The notes under the pieces were generated by a model. It was not told where the DNA came from, searched no databases, and saw nothing but the letters and a program-made list of their open reading frames with translations. From Candidatus Omnitrophota bacterium (GTDB lineage Bacteria; Omnitrophota; Gorgyraeia; Duberdicusellales; 4484-171): 64,000 nt of DNA. Positions within the stretch are counted from its first letter, which is position 1; the number at the start of each line of letters is the position of its first letter. The position numbers and the translations under genes were made by a program. Shown in pieces: positions 1 through 10,400 of this stretch. The stretch spans positions 28-64,027 of the forward strand of contig PMCS01000024.1 of assembly GCA_003154195.1 (NCBI GenBank). Direction: 5' to 3'.

Positions 1-9
1 TTTTTGGTT

Positions 10-879
10 CTATGCTTTTTCAGGTTTTACGCTATTCAACTTGCATTGATGTTTTTCAAATTTCTCCAGCGCGCGCTTCTCCTCAGGGATGAACCGTTTT
101 AAGCGGCCGGCCAAGTCATCAAAATCTACCAGATGGCCGTCGAAATCCGGTCCGTCGACGCAGCAAAGCCTTATTCTGCCGTTTTCCAGCAGGCGGCAGC
201 AGCCGCACATGCCGGTTCCGTCGAGCATTATCGCGTTCAGGCATACCAGCGTTTTTATCTTGAAAGGTTTTGTAATGTCGGCGATTGCTTTCATCATCGG
301 CACGGGGCCGACGCAATAACAAAGCGCGAAATCCGTCTCTTCCCTGAGAATTTCTTCCAGGATATTACTGACAAATCCTTTTTGACCGAGCGAGCCGTCG
401 TCGGTGGCGATAAATAATTTATCGCAATATCGTTCGATTTCGTTTTTAAGAATAAGCAATTCTTCGGTGCGGGAGCCTAAAATCGAATACACCATATTTC
501 CCGCTTGCTTTAACACACGCGCGATGGGAAATAGTTCGGCGATGCCGACGCCGCCGGCGATCAGTAAAATTTTTCCGTAATTTTTTATCAACGTGGGATG
601 ACCCAGGGGTCCGGTCAGCGAATAAAGCGAGTCGCCGGCACTTAGCTTAGCCAGCAGTTTTGTCGAATACCCCGCTTCCTGGACAATCAGAGTAATCGAT
701 CCTTCCTTTTTATCGGAATCGACGATGGTAAGGGGTATCTTTTCCCCTTCTTCGTTTACAATCAAAATAATAAATTGTCCGGGTTGGGCGTTAGCGGCAA
801 TAACCGGCGAGTGAATTACGTATTTGGTGATTCGGCTGCCCGGGATATCGGCGATGACTTCCTTGGCGAGTATTTTCAT
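10..879 (-). CDS. FAD/NAD(P)-binding oxidoreductase with C-terminal Cys cluster (PyrK / NfnA / sulfide-dehydrogenase small-subunit-like)
   Basis: FAD/NAD-binding fold motifs (QPGQF, IPLTI, LIAGGVGIAE); C-terminal CxxC...C cluster typical of the 2Fe-2S ferredoxin-reductase-like subunit; 4-nt ATGA overlap with the upstream ANTAR gene. Confidence 0.6.
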   Translation of the reverse strand: MKILAKEVIADIPGSRITKYVIHSPVIAANAQPGQFIILIVNEEGEKIPLTIVDSDKKEGSITLIVQEAGYSTKLLAKLSAGDSLYSLTGPLGHPTLIKNYGKILLIAGGVGIAELFPIARVLKQAGNMVYSILGSRTEELLILKNEIERYCDKLFIATDDGSLGQKGFVSNILEEILREETDFALCYCVGPVPMMKAIADITKPFKIKTLVCLNAIMLDGTGMCGCCRLLENGRIRLCCVDGPDFDGHLVDFDDLAGRLKRFIPEEKRALEKFEKHQCKLNSVKPEKA

Positions 880-1589
880 TTATTATGAAAATCCTGCGCG
901 AGGATTATCGCTTCGGCAATTTCGCGCATCGTTTTACGCATATTCATACTGCACTTACGCAATCTCGTGTAGGCCTCTTCTTCGGAAATCTTTTCCTGTT
1001 TCATTAAGATTCCTTTCGCCCGTTCGATTTTTTTACGCGCTTCAAGCTCTTCCTGAATAACCCGGCTTTGCATCATCAGCTGAGCGTTTTCGATGGCGAT
1101 TGCCCCCTGGTTGGCGACAGTAGTCAACATATTAACTTCGGTTTCGCTGAAATCGTGCGGAGATGTCGTATAGCAATTAAGGACGCCGATTACTTTACCT
1201 TTAACCGCCAGGGGAACGCAAAGAAGCGAACAAAGTTTTTCTTTTTTAGCGATTGAACTGTATTTATATTCTTTTTCTTTTTTTACATCCTTGATGATGA
1301 TCGGCTGGTTGGTCTGCGCCGCCTTTCCGGCAATGCCTTCGCCTGATTTTAACGGGGGCTTTTTGTTGTATTCTTCGCTGATACTTTGAGTGGCGCGAAT
1401 GATCAGCTCATTATTTTCATTGAGGAGCATCAGGGAGCATATTTTTGAATTCATCATTTCCGCCGTGACGGTGACGATGAGACGCAGGATGTCGTCGAGG
1501 TAAAAATCAGAAACGATTGCCTTGCTGATTTTCGATAACGCTTTTATTTGTTCGTCGAAAGGCATGTTATTCATTATTCGCTGCCCCAC
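876..1589 (-). CDS. GAF-ANTAR RNA-binding antitermination regulator
   Basis: N-terminal GAF-like region; C-terminal ANTAR signature (RKKIERAKGILM...AYTRLRK...MNMRKTMREIAEAII). Confidence 0.65.
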   Translation of the reverse strand: MGQRIMNNMPFDEQIKALSKISKAIVSDFYLDDILRLIVTVTAEMMNSKICSLMLLNENNELIIRATQSISEEYNKKPPLKSGEGIAGKAAQTNQPIIIKDVKKEKEYKYSSIAKKEKLCSLLCVPLAVKGKVIGVLNCYTTSPHDFSETEVNMLTTVANQGAIAIENAQLMMQSRVIQEELEARKKIERAKGILMKQEKISEEEAYTRLRKCSMNMRKTMREIAEAIILAQDFHNK

Positions 1590-1730
1590 AGTAACGGTAT
1601 GTGTAAAACGCGGTGGCCGTTAAAAACAACCCGGGTAAAACATTATTGTAATTACCTGAAAGCTAATGTCAATCCTTTTTTGCATCCTTTTCTTAGCGAT
1701 TTTATCCCGGCGTCGGAAGGTAGTAAAGCT

Positions 1731-2639
1731 TCATAGAATCTTAGCGTCTTTAAGGGTTTGGATAAAGGCGTCAGCTAACGCGGGGTCGAATTGTTTCCCT
1801 TTATTTTTTTCAATTTCTCCGACCGCGTCGGGGATGGGAAAAGCATTTTTATAATCCCTTCCCGTAACCAGCGCGTCAAAGACATCGGCGAGAGAGATGA
1901 TGCGCGCGCCTAAGGGGATCATCGTTCCCGCCAGGCCGTGCGGGTAGCCGGTCCCGTCGAATCTTTCGTGGTGGTGAAGGATATCGGGAATGATATCCTT
2001 AAATTCTTCGAGCGGCTCCAGTATCTTGGCGCTGATTACCTCATGCTCTTTTATTATGCTAAATTCGTCATCATTCAGCTTACCTTTTTTATGCAGGATC
2101 CCGTCCGGTATGCCGATTTTTCCCAAATCGTGCAATAACGCGGCTTTCCGTATCCGTTCGATTTCCCCGGCGCTCAAGTTTAATTTTTCCGCCAGGGCTA
2201 CGGCGTATTTGCAAACCCGCTGGGAATGGCCGGTAGTATACGGATCCTTCGATTCCAGCGCCGCGACCAGAGAATTGATGAGCTCAAAGTAGACATTTTT
2301 TATTTTTTGTTCCTGGTTCTTAAGTTTTTCCATTGCCGTAAGCAATTCGCAGATTCTGTCTTCAGCGTCAAGATATAAGGAAGATATCCCGTTTTCGGCA
2401 CTCTTTGTTTTTTGTCCGGAGAGGTAAATGGTATCGCTGGGAAAAAAAGATATTTCCTCCGGCATTTTTTCCATAGTCTCCACAAAAAAAGGCAGGATGC
2501 TGTTGATATCAGCACCGTATTTTAATTCCATCGCCCCGGTTTTTATCTTTAATTTCATCTTTTTTTCAAAAAGAAGCGTTTTGACGGCCTGGTGTATTCT
2601 GATCACGTCGTCTTTATGTGCCAGCAGCCCCAGGATCAA
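1731..2639 (-). CDS. HD-GYP domain phosphodiesterase (c-di-GMP)
   Basis: HD motif (LLHDLGKIGIPD) and HHHERFDGTGYP motif; start overlaps the upstream CHASE2 gene by 4 nt. Confidence 0.75.
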   Translation of the reverse strand: MILGLLAHKDDVIRIHQAVKTLLFEKKMKLKIKTGAMELKYGADINSILPFFVETMEKMPEEISFFPSDTIYLSGQKTKSAENGISSLYLDAEDRICELLTAMEKLKNQEQKIKNVYFELINSLVAALESKDPYTTGHSQRVCKYAVALAEKLNLSAGEIERIRKAALLHDLGKIGIPDGILHKKGKLNDDEFSIIKEHEVISAKILEPLEEFKDIIPDILHHHERFDGTGYPHGLAGTMIPLGARIISLADVFDALVTGRDYKNAFPIPDAVGEIEKNKGKQFDPALADAFIQTLKDAKIL

Positions 2640-4003
2640 GTCTTCTCCCGCGTTTGACCATGTTTAGCGTAAGCGAATAAGGTTTGGGAAACGCTTTGCC
2701 AGAAATCTTTTATTTGCGAAAAGGCGGCTTCTTCCAACAGGGCGCCGCTTCCTTTAATGGTAACCGCGATTAAGTATTTTTCCCGGCGGGGAATCGCTTT
2801 GGCCGCGAAATTCACCCGTTCGCAAAAATAACGTACATTGGCTAAATTGGTCAACGGGTCGGTAAACATTTTATTTTTTATTTTATCAAGATAGGCGCGG
2901 AAACTGAAATATAATAAGATATTGCCGGCGATTAAGTAAAGAGCAAGCAGGGCGATCAGTTTATCTACGGGAAAGCTCCACCCGGCGAATTTTAGCAACA
3001 CGTGAAGCCCCAGGAGAGATGCCGTTATTCCCACTAAGCCGAACCAGGCGCTTTCTAAAAATGAAAAATTTACCATGGCGGTTCCCGCGGCAAATAACGC
3101 CACGGCAAAAATTATAAAGGTAAGGTAATCCGGCAAGGGCTTTACAAACTTATCTTCCAGGATATCGACAATGCCGTTGATGTGGACAAAAACGCCGGGA
3201 GTTCTTCCCAGCGGGGTCAGCATGATGTCATGGATTATTTCCGAAGTGGCGGCCATTAGAACGATTTTTCCTTCAAACGTATTTTTGGGAAAATTACGCG
3301 ATAGCAAATCGGTGAACGATATTGCGGCAATATCCGCTGGTTTTACCAGATAGAGTATGTCCATTGCCCTATTTTTATCGACCGGTAGCTTCTTGTCGGC
3401 GAGCGCGATATGGTTTTCGCCTTCCGCAGGAGATGAATCGTAAAATTGCGCGGCGAGTTTTACCGCGAAAGAAAAATCGGCAAAGTTTCGAAGTTGGATA
3501 TCGGCGTATAGCCGGCGGACGACATTATCATTATCGGCAGGAGCATTAATAAATCCGTTGACGGCATTCGATTTAAATTTTTCGCTGGGATACGCTGGAG
3601 CGCTAACCCCATCGATGTTATCAATACGGTAAGCAAGGATTACTTTGCCGTAGAAGCGCTTAAGGGTTTCGGCTAGTTTTATGTCGTCGTCGCCTGAGCC
3701 GCTTTCTCCGGCCAAGATCAGGTCGATGCCGACGACCTTGGCTTTTTCTTCATCCAGGATATTGAGCGCTTGGGCATATAGCGAACGTAAAAACGGCCAT
3801 TTTTGGTTTATTTTTTGCAGGGAGCGGTCGTCAATTGCGACTAAAACTATATTTTTTGCCGCGGCGGTATTTTTTTTATTGAGCCGATAAAAGATGTTGG
3901 CGGAAAGATTATCGCAAAACCAGCCGTAGCGCGTAAAGGGCAGGGGAAAAATCAATAAAAACAAGCAGCCGGTAATAATGAGGCGGGAGTATTTTTTTAT
4001 CAC
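2636..4003 (-). CDS. CHASE2 extracytoplasmic sensor protein with a truncated (about 75 aa) GGDEF-like C-terminal stub
   Basis: N-terminal TM, about 300-aa CHASE2-like periplasmic region, three C-terminal TMs, then FTDPLTNLANVRYF (GGDEF N-terminal signature) but a stop before any GGDEF catalytic motif. Confidence 0.6.
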   Translation of the reverse strand: MIKKYSRLIITGCLFLLIFPLPFTRYGWFCDNLSANIFYRLNKKNTAAAKNIVLVAIDDRSLQKINQKWPFLRSLYAQALNILDEEKAKVVGIDLILAGESGSGDDDIKLAETLKRFYGKVILAYRIDNIDGVSAPAYPSEKFKSNAVNGFINAPADNDNVVRRLYADIQLRNFADFSFAVKLAAQFYDSSPAEGENHIALADKKLPVDKNRAMDILYLVKPADIAAISFTDLLSRNFPKNTFEGKIVLMAATSEIIHDIMLTPLGRTPGVFVHINGIVDILEDKFVKPLPDYLTFIIFAVALFAAGTAMVNFSFLESAWFGLVGITASLLGLHVLLKFAGWSFPVDKLIALLALYLIAGNILLYFSFRAYLDKIKNKMFTDPLTNLANVRYFCERVNFAAKAIPRREKYLIAVTIKGSGALLEEAAFSQIKDFWQSVSQTLFAYAKHGQTREKT

Positions 4004-4092
4004 AGCAATTGCGTTGATTTCAATCCGTTTGCTGACAGTGTTAATTTAAGAAAACCGGTTTTTTTCTTACAGTATGCCGCGTATTACGGAAA

Positions 4093-4773
4093 TTAATTTA
4101 CAGGATAAGGGGAACAGTAGGAAACTTTCCCACCGGAATCAGCAGCGGTACAATTAAGCTGTTGGTTACCCGGCAATAAGCCTATCGCGTATGGCTTGAC
4201 TGCTCCAGTACCATAGTGTTTATGCCGGTCGGTTAGTTCATCTACTGCGCTAAAAGTAGTACCGGCCGCGTTGCAATCAGCAACCACAGGCACATTGAGG
4301 CCGGGGCTAGCGGCCCAGCTGCGGTATTGAGCGAGAGTAAGCGGGCCGCCAGCTGGCTTGTATACCCCATAGGAGTTTTCTCCCGCCGCCGCCTTCGGGC
4401 ACTTTAGATTTTGCCACCGCGCTCCGGCAAATTTACTTAGCCAGGTCTGGGCATAGGCAAGGCCGCTTTCCTGGATATCTACAATAAAATAAGCCAATTT
4501 AACCTGCCAGCCGGCTTTTTTCATGACTCTGTCCCAGGCGTAGCGGATATCTTTATCGGGAAGCTCACTCAAAGTAGCGGGCATCAGGTTTTTTTCCAGG
4601 GTATAAGCATCTACCGCTCCCGTAAGCACTTCCAGGTTGGTTTTGCAGACTTTGCTCTTGGAATCCTCCAGGACGTTCTGGTAGGTCGGATAAGCGATGG
4701 TAGCCAGCACTCCGACGATGATAAGCGAGATGACTATCTCGACAAGGGTAAAATTATTTCTTTTTTTTCTCAT
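4093..4773 (-). CDS. prepilin-type N-terminal cleavage/methylation domain protein (type IV pilin / pseudopilin-like)
   Basis: N-terminus MRKKRNNFTLVEIVISLIIVGVLATIA (class III signal: FTLVE plus hydrophobic helix). Confidence 0.7.
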   Translation of the reverse strand: MRKKRNNFTLVEIVISLIIVGVLATIAYPTYQNVLEDSKSKVCKTNLEVLTGAVDAYTLEKNLMPATLSELPDKDIRYAWDRVMKKAGWQVKLAYFIVDIQESGLAYAQTWLSKFAGARWQNLKCPKAAAGENSYGVYKPAGGPLTLAQYRSWAASPGLNVPVVADCNAAGTTFSAVDELTDRHKHYGTGAVKPYAIGLLPGNQQLNCTAADSGGKVSYCSPYPVN

Positions 4774-4835
4774 TTTTGCCTCCGTGGTAGAAATAGCTTA
4801 AGATACTTTTGATACTACTTTTTGTTATCACTACC

Positions 4836-4873
4836 CCTGATTAATTATACCATTTATCCGCAAAAGAAACCAA
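4836..4873 (-). promoter_or_regulatory. candidate sigma70 promoter (extended -10 TGgTATAAT) for the pseudopilin gene
   Basis: minus strand reads ggataaaTGgTATAATtaatc; a weak -35-like TTGGTT lies 17-18 nt upstream; SD GGAGG lies just before the ATG at 4773. Confidence 0.3.
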
Positions 4874-4880
4874 AGGATAT

Positions 4881-5633
4881 TTAAGTAATTTGGTTTTCCA
4901 ATTCACCGATGCCTTCAATTTCTACTTTCGCATGGTCTCCTCTTTTCATCGGCCCTACACCGGGCGGCGTTCCGGTGGCGATAACGTCGCCGGGCAGGAT
5001 GGTCATTATTTTCGAAATAAAGGAAATAATGAACGGCGCAGAAAAGATGAAATTTTTCGTAGAAGAGTCTTGTTTGATTTCTTCATTAAGATAAAGGCGG
5101 ATATTCAAATCAGCAGGGTTAATCTTTGTTTCCAACCACGGCCCCAGCGGGCAAAATGTATCGAAGGATTTGGCTCTTGTCCACTGGCCGTCTTTTCTTT
5201 GTAAATCGCGCGCGGTTACGTCATTAAGGCAAGTATAGCCCAGGACATATCCGGCGTAATCTTTTTCTTTTATCTTCCGGCCTTTCTTTTTTATAACGAT
5301 GCCCAGCTCCGCTTCGTAGTCGAGCTGTCCGACGCCGCCAGGGTAAACGATTTTTTCTTCCGGCCCGATCATGGCCGTCGGCGGTTTTAAAAAAATAATC
5401 GGTTCGTCCGGTATTTTCATGCCCAATTCCGCGGCGTGGTCTTTATAATTTAACCCTACGCAGATTATCTTGGAGGGCGTTGCCGGGGCGAGAAGTTTTA
5501 CTTTATCCCGTGGTATTTCTGTTGAGGTCAATATTATCTTTTTATATGGTTCCCCCGTAATCAGGGTGATAGTTTCCTTTTTGACAATCCCCCAATTTAT
5601 TTGTTTTTTATATAGGAACCTGGCGATTTTCAT
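4881..5633 (-). CDS. fumarylacetoacetate hydrolase (FAH) family protein
   Basis: FAH-family motifs (LNYKDHAAELG, YEAELGIVI, TPPGVGP). Confidence 0.7.
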   Translation of the reverse strand: MKIARFLYKKQINWGIVKKETITLITGEPYKKIILTSTEIPRDKVKLLAPATPSKIICVGLNYKDHAAELGMKIPDEPIIFLKPPTAMIGPEEKIVYPGGVGQLDYEAELGIVIKKKGRKIKEKDYAGYVLGYTCLNDVTARDLQRKDGQWTRAKSFDTFCPLGPWLETKINPADLNIRLYLNEEIKQDSSTKNFIFSAPFIISFISKIMTILPGDVIATGTPPGVGPMKRGDHAKVEIEGIGELENQIT

Positions 5634-5732
5634 TTTTATATAATTTATCGAATTGCGCTGTAGGGGCGAGGCACGCCCCGCCCTCTACGATTTATGATTT
5701 GTTTAATTTTTTTACCCAATTAGGGATATCGA

Positions 5733-7145
5733 TTATTTTTTAGAGGGTCGGGCATGCCCGACCCCTACAGGATTGCGCAAGGTATACAAATTACTTACCG
5801 TTGCCACGAATTCGGGAAATGATTTATCGATACAGCTCAAGTCGTCAATCGATGAACCGGATCCGCAGGCCATGGCGAAAACAATCATGCTCATCGCAGT
5901 GCGATGGTCATGATGGCTGACGAAATGAGCCCCGTCATAGCTCTCTTTACCTTTAACAATCATCATCCAATCGTCTTTACCGTCCGGTTTATCGGCAATA
6001 TCCACGCCGGCGCCTCGCAAATTAGAGACCATTGACGCGATACGGTCGGTTTCTTTAATCCGCAGTTCTTTTATCCCCTCGATCCGGGTTATCCCCTGGG
6101 CGAACGCCGCGGCGACGCAAAGAATGGGAATTTCATCAATCATCAGAGGAATCTCCTCCCGCTTAACCGTCGCCCCTTTAAGCCGGGAAGCTTCCGCGAT
6201 AATGTCGGCATACGGTTCGTAGGCCGCTCGTTTATTGACAATTTTTATTTTTGCGCCCATGCGTTTTAAAACATTAAGCAAACCGCAGCGTGTAGGATTA
6301 ATGTTGACATTTTTAATTGTGACCGCTGATTTTTTTAGAATCAGCGCCAGAACAATTAAAAATGCCGCCGAGGAAAAATCCGCCGGGATAAATATCTTAC
6401 CGGGTGTACACAGTTTTTTTACCGGCCGGCAGGTTACCTTACGCCCGGCGATTTTTATTTTAGCTTTAAAAAGTTTCAGCATCCGCTCAGTATGGTCACG
6501 CGAATGGAATGGCTCGATGACTGTTGTTTTTTTATCGGCATAGAGCGACGCGAATAGGATTGCCGATTTTACCTGGGCGCTGGCTATTTCGAGTTTAAAT
6601 GTTTTTCCTTTCAAGTGTTTAACCGGCCGTATTACCAGCGGCGGAAAAATATTATCTTTAAACGGCTCGCCTCGCGGCGTCCGCCTCGGCGAGCCTTCGG
6701 CGAGACGGGAAGCCGAGGGCGAGCCGGAGATATTGGCTCCCATCTTGCGCAGTGGTTCGACAATTCGTTTCATCGGCCGCCGCGCCAGTGACGGCTCGGC
6801 ATCAAAAAGAACGTCGAATTTTTGTCCGGCGAGTATTCCGCTTAAAATTCTCATTGTCGTGCCGGATTCCCTGGCGTAAAGATTTACCGTAGGAACGGGG
6901 GGCAAATAGAGCATCCCCTTTCCTTCGACGATAAGCGTATTGTCGTCGCGCAACTCTGCTGAAATGCCCAGGCGTTTCATGCAATCAAGGGTAGCCAGGG
7001 TGTCGTTGCTGCGTAAAAATGGCTTGATCACGGTTTTGCCCTTGCACAAGGATGCCATGAGCAGAGCCCGGTGGGAGATGGATTTATCCGGGGGTATTGT
7101 AACCGTTGTTTTTATTCCTGAGAGGGGTTTGATTATAAAGGCCAT
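5733..7145 (-). CDS. aroA: 3-phosphoshikimate 1-carboxyvinyltransferase (EPSP synthase) with a 22-aa in-frame GC-rich insertion
   Basis: N-terminal KSISHRALLMASL and overall AroA architecture; about 470 aa; extra segment GSPSASRLAEGSPRRTPRGEPF at nt 6659-6725. Confidence 0.8.
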   Translation of the reverse strand: MAFIIKPLSGIKTTVTIPPDKSISHRALLMASLCKGKTVIKPFLRSNDTLATLDCMKRLGISAELRDDNTLIVEGKGMLYLPPVPTVNLYARESGTTMRILSGILAGQKFDVLFDAEPSLARRPMKRIVEPLRKMGANISGSPSASRLAEGSPRRTPRGEPFKDNIFPPLVIRPVKHLKGKTFKLEIASAQVKSAILFASLYADKKTTVIEPFHSRDHTERMLKLFKAKIKIAGRKVTCRPVKKLCTPGKIFIPADFSSAAFLIVLALILKKSAVTIKNVNINPTRCGLLNVLKRMGAKIKIVNKRAAYEPYADIIAEASRLKGATVKREEIPLMIDEIPILCVAAAFAQGITRIEGIKELRIKETDRIASMVSNLRGAGVDIADKPDGKDDWMMIVKGKESYDGAHFVSHHDHRTAMSMIVFAMACGSGSSIDDLSCIDKSFPEFVATVSNLYTLRNPVGVGHARPSKK

Positions 7146-7461
7146 GGAAGCTATTTTACAGGAAGTAGTGAAATTTGGGAAGGGAAAAATAAAACCAAAA
7201 GCTTTACCACTAAGTCACTAAAACACGAAGACACGAATAATATAAAAACTCATTTTATATTGTTCATTGACCATTTAACGTTTTAAATTTTTAAAAATGA
7301 TAAATGACCAACGTCCAATGATATTTTTAAAATGAATTTGTTGTTTTTCTTTGTGTACCTTGTGTCTTGGTGGTACGATTTAGGTTTTAATTTTTTAGTT
7401 TTTAAAATCCTTTTCTTTACCTGTGATCATCGGCATCATCTAATCAGCGATCATCCGCGTT

Positions 7462-10400
7462 TTACGGTAATGACGCAAACTGTGCTAACGATATAATCTG
7501 CTTCATCGAAACAATCCGAAACGTCAGCCGGTCGAAGAAATCCGGCCCGACTGCCGCAAATTCCATCTTCTGCGATGTGGGGCTGGAGGCCACCTGAATA
7601 CCGGACATCTTGATACCGCCGGGGGAACTGGTAACTTCCACAGGTTTTTCTGCTCCGGCGTTGCTGCCTGCAGCCGTAATCACAAACTTCGGCTGAGTGC
7701 CTGAAGCATCAAGAGTTATCTCCGAGCCGGGATACTCTCCCTTAAGCTGCGCGATATATTCCTGAGCCTTAACTAAATCAAATGTAGACACTCCTCCTTT
7801 AAGAGTAACAGCAATCTCGTAACGGCCGGCAAGGGCCTCTTCAAACTCCTGGTTGGGACCGAAAACGCTCGTTGCGCCGTTAGCTCCGATGATACCTAAA
7901 AAAGTATGGATTGCATCATTTATCCTAATCGCATCAAGAACCGTCAACTTTTGAGCGGGGCTGGCAGCTGAGGTTTCTTCAACTATATTGATTATTCCTT
8001 GCCAATTACCCGCGGTAAGATGCTGAGCGTCTAAGGAATCTATCCTTACTTCTCTTGACTCTTTGCCTGCCGTCAAAGCTTCAAGATTGTTTCGATTGAT
8101 GATTAACGTCCGGTTGCCACCGATGCGCAAAACGTCAATTTCCTGCGGTAGGTCAGCTAAACGCATAATCCACGCGCCATAGCGCATAGCGTTAGAAAGC
8201 CCCTGATAAATTGTTTTCGCCGCGGCGGCAGAAATATCTTTTTCCACATATAAGGTCTTACCGTCTCTTTGTGCATCAACATTTTTATATTCCACTTGGT
8301 TATCGCGGGAGTTTTCAACAATAAGAACTATCTCTCGCCAATTACCCGCGTCAAGATACTGAGCGGATAAGGAATCTATCCTTACCTCTCTCGACTCTTT
8401 GCTTGTCGCCAAAACTTCGAGATTGTTTCGATTGATGATTAACGTCCGGTTGTCACCGATGCGCAAAACGTCAATTTCCTGCGGTAGGTCAGCTAAACGC
8501 ATAATCCACGCGCCATAGCGCATAGCGTTAGAAAGCCCCTGATAAATTGTTTTCGCCGCTTCGCCGGCAATAGCACTTTCGACACCTAAAGTCTTTCCGT
8601 CTTTTTCGACATCAACATCTCGATAGTGAACCGGGCTGGCGGCGCCGGCTGCGGTTTTTGTTTTTCCTGCCGTCAGTTGTCTTATGCCCGATTTTCCCTG
8701 TCCGGCACTGGCCGAACGGGAAACTCTCTTCCCAATCGCATTAATCCGCCAGAGTTCGCCTTCTACCGCAATAGACCATCCCCGCGCTTCAAGAGCTTGG
8801 CGGAAAGGCTCGAGGTCACTCAGTGAATTCATCCTAAAGCCTTCGTCGTTATAGACCACATCCCGGCTATCCGTGATAATAAAACTACTTCTATGGAGAC
8901 GGATAAAACTCACCAGACGCGCAAAGGTAAGATCCTTTCCTACGCCGAGCGCGTTTATCGCCTCGGCTAAGACGCTAAGAAACCTGGCAAAATACTTAAA
9001 TTCGTTGATACGCACTATACTTGGTGAACCTCTCCTGGCGTCGGCGCCGGAAAAAGAACGACCGCGCTTAGCTGCTACCCCGGTCGTAAAAAGTATCTCC
9101 CTGGGAGTGGCGCGATCCCCCGTCCCAAGGTTATGGATATCATCCACCGGGCTGGCGCTGGAGACGGATGCAAGGTCTTCACGTGCTTCTCGGGAAGGTT
9201 GCCATACGTCAATCGCTCTAATGGCATCAGCCAATTGCTTTTGGTAAGTTGTTGTTCCTACTGTTTTGAATATGGCGGCGTTGGCTAAAATTCTTGCCTC
9301 GTCCTGGTATAGTCGGCGTATCAAAGAAAGCCGCGACTGGAATTCTAAAACCAGTGGTCGATGCTGCGTCGCATATTCTCCCGCGGATAAGGCAGTTATT
9401 TTACCAAGCGGCATTATCACAAAAGAGCTCGGGACGCCTTTGTAGTATTCACTTTCTATCGTTGCCATATCCTCTGAGGCCATTCTTCTAACCATCTCAA
9501 TGCCTGCAGTCAAAGCCTTTTCTGGCATAATTCCCCTGGGTAAAACTACATCTACCGGCTGGCCAAAATAAGCCGCAAGGCTTTGGGTATCATAATCTTG
9601 CGCTGATTCTAAAACCGTTATTCTGTCCCCTGATGCTAAAAAAGCAAAGCGCGGCAAGCCGACCGATAACGCTGCGGCTATGCCAAATTTAAAAAGGTCG
9701 GGCCGGTTGGCAAGAAACTCTTCTTTGCTGGAGGCACCTATCCCAGCAACGATCTGCGAAACGGCTGCTTCTTTTATCGTATCGATGGCACTCTCGGAAT
9801 ATCGTCCATCAGCGCGTATCATTTCCCCTGAAGCAGCGATTTGTTCTTGTATTGCTGCTCCGATATTTTCAAAAAGTTTTTTACGGCTGGGAAGATCTGT
9901 TTTGTCTATTCTTGAAGTCGTGTTGACCGGGCTGGCGTTGGTCGAATCCCATAATTTCTTGATAATCATCGCGGCAAGCGTAACTGTGTCTTTTTTATCG
10001 CTATTGACTACCCCGTTCATGGTCAAGCGTTTTAACCATTTAAACATTGGCTCTTTAAATTGGTCTAAGCCTAAAACCATCACCCAGGTAACGGGATTGC
10101 TTTCTAAAAAAGCGGTAGGAACAGCATCGCTCCAATGACGGGGGACTCCTATAGTCCAGCCGCCTCGATGTAACGACATAATCAAATCCCTGCCAAAGGT
10201 TTGTTCTAAAAGGTCGTCCTTTTGGTCTTGTCGCAAAGCAAACCTTAACGCGTACTCGGAAATAAAGACTTTTTTCACTCTTGATGTTGCAATCGGCGGC
10301 AGGAGCTTTACCATTTCCCCGGCCGCGTCATAATTAGCACCCTGGGTTTCTCTCATTGCCGTCTTTATCGCTCTAAGTTCGTCTTTTATTTCTCTCAAGG

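Noticed and set aside
2428-2667. Many 60-150-aa plus-strand ORFs embedded opposite large minus-strand genes (for example 8626-8826, 9680-10138, 11321-11752, 16690-17139, 17194-17709, 28092-29066, 30242-30733)
   Set aside because: They lie antisense to well-supported long genes, lack ribosome-binding sites and have low-complexity composition typical of shadow ORFs.
5634-5732. Considered the 5742-5763 palindrome an intrinsic terminator for aroA
   Set aside because: The U-tract precedes rather than follows the hairpin on the plus strand, and an A-tract follows it on the minus strand, so it is not a canonical terminator in either orientation. It is reported instead as part of an inverted-element pair.
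6940-7221. Plus-strand ORFs 6940-7221 and 12775-13083 with similar C-terminal peptides (RWxMDLSxGI...FIP)
   Set aside because: Their similarity is explained by the duplicated aroA 5' region read on the opposite strand. Both overlap real minus-strand features and are spurious.
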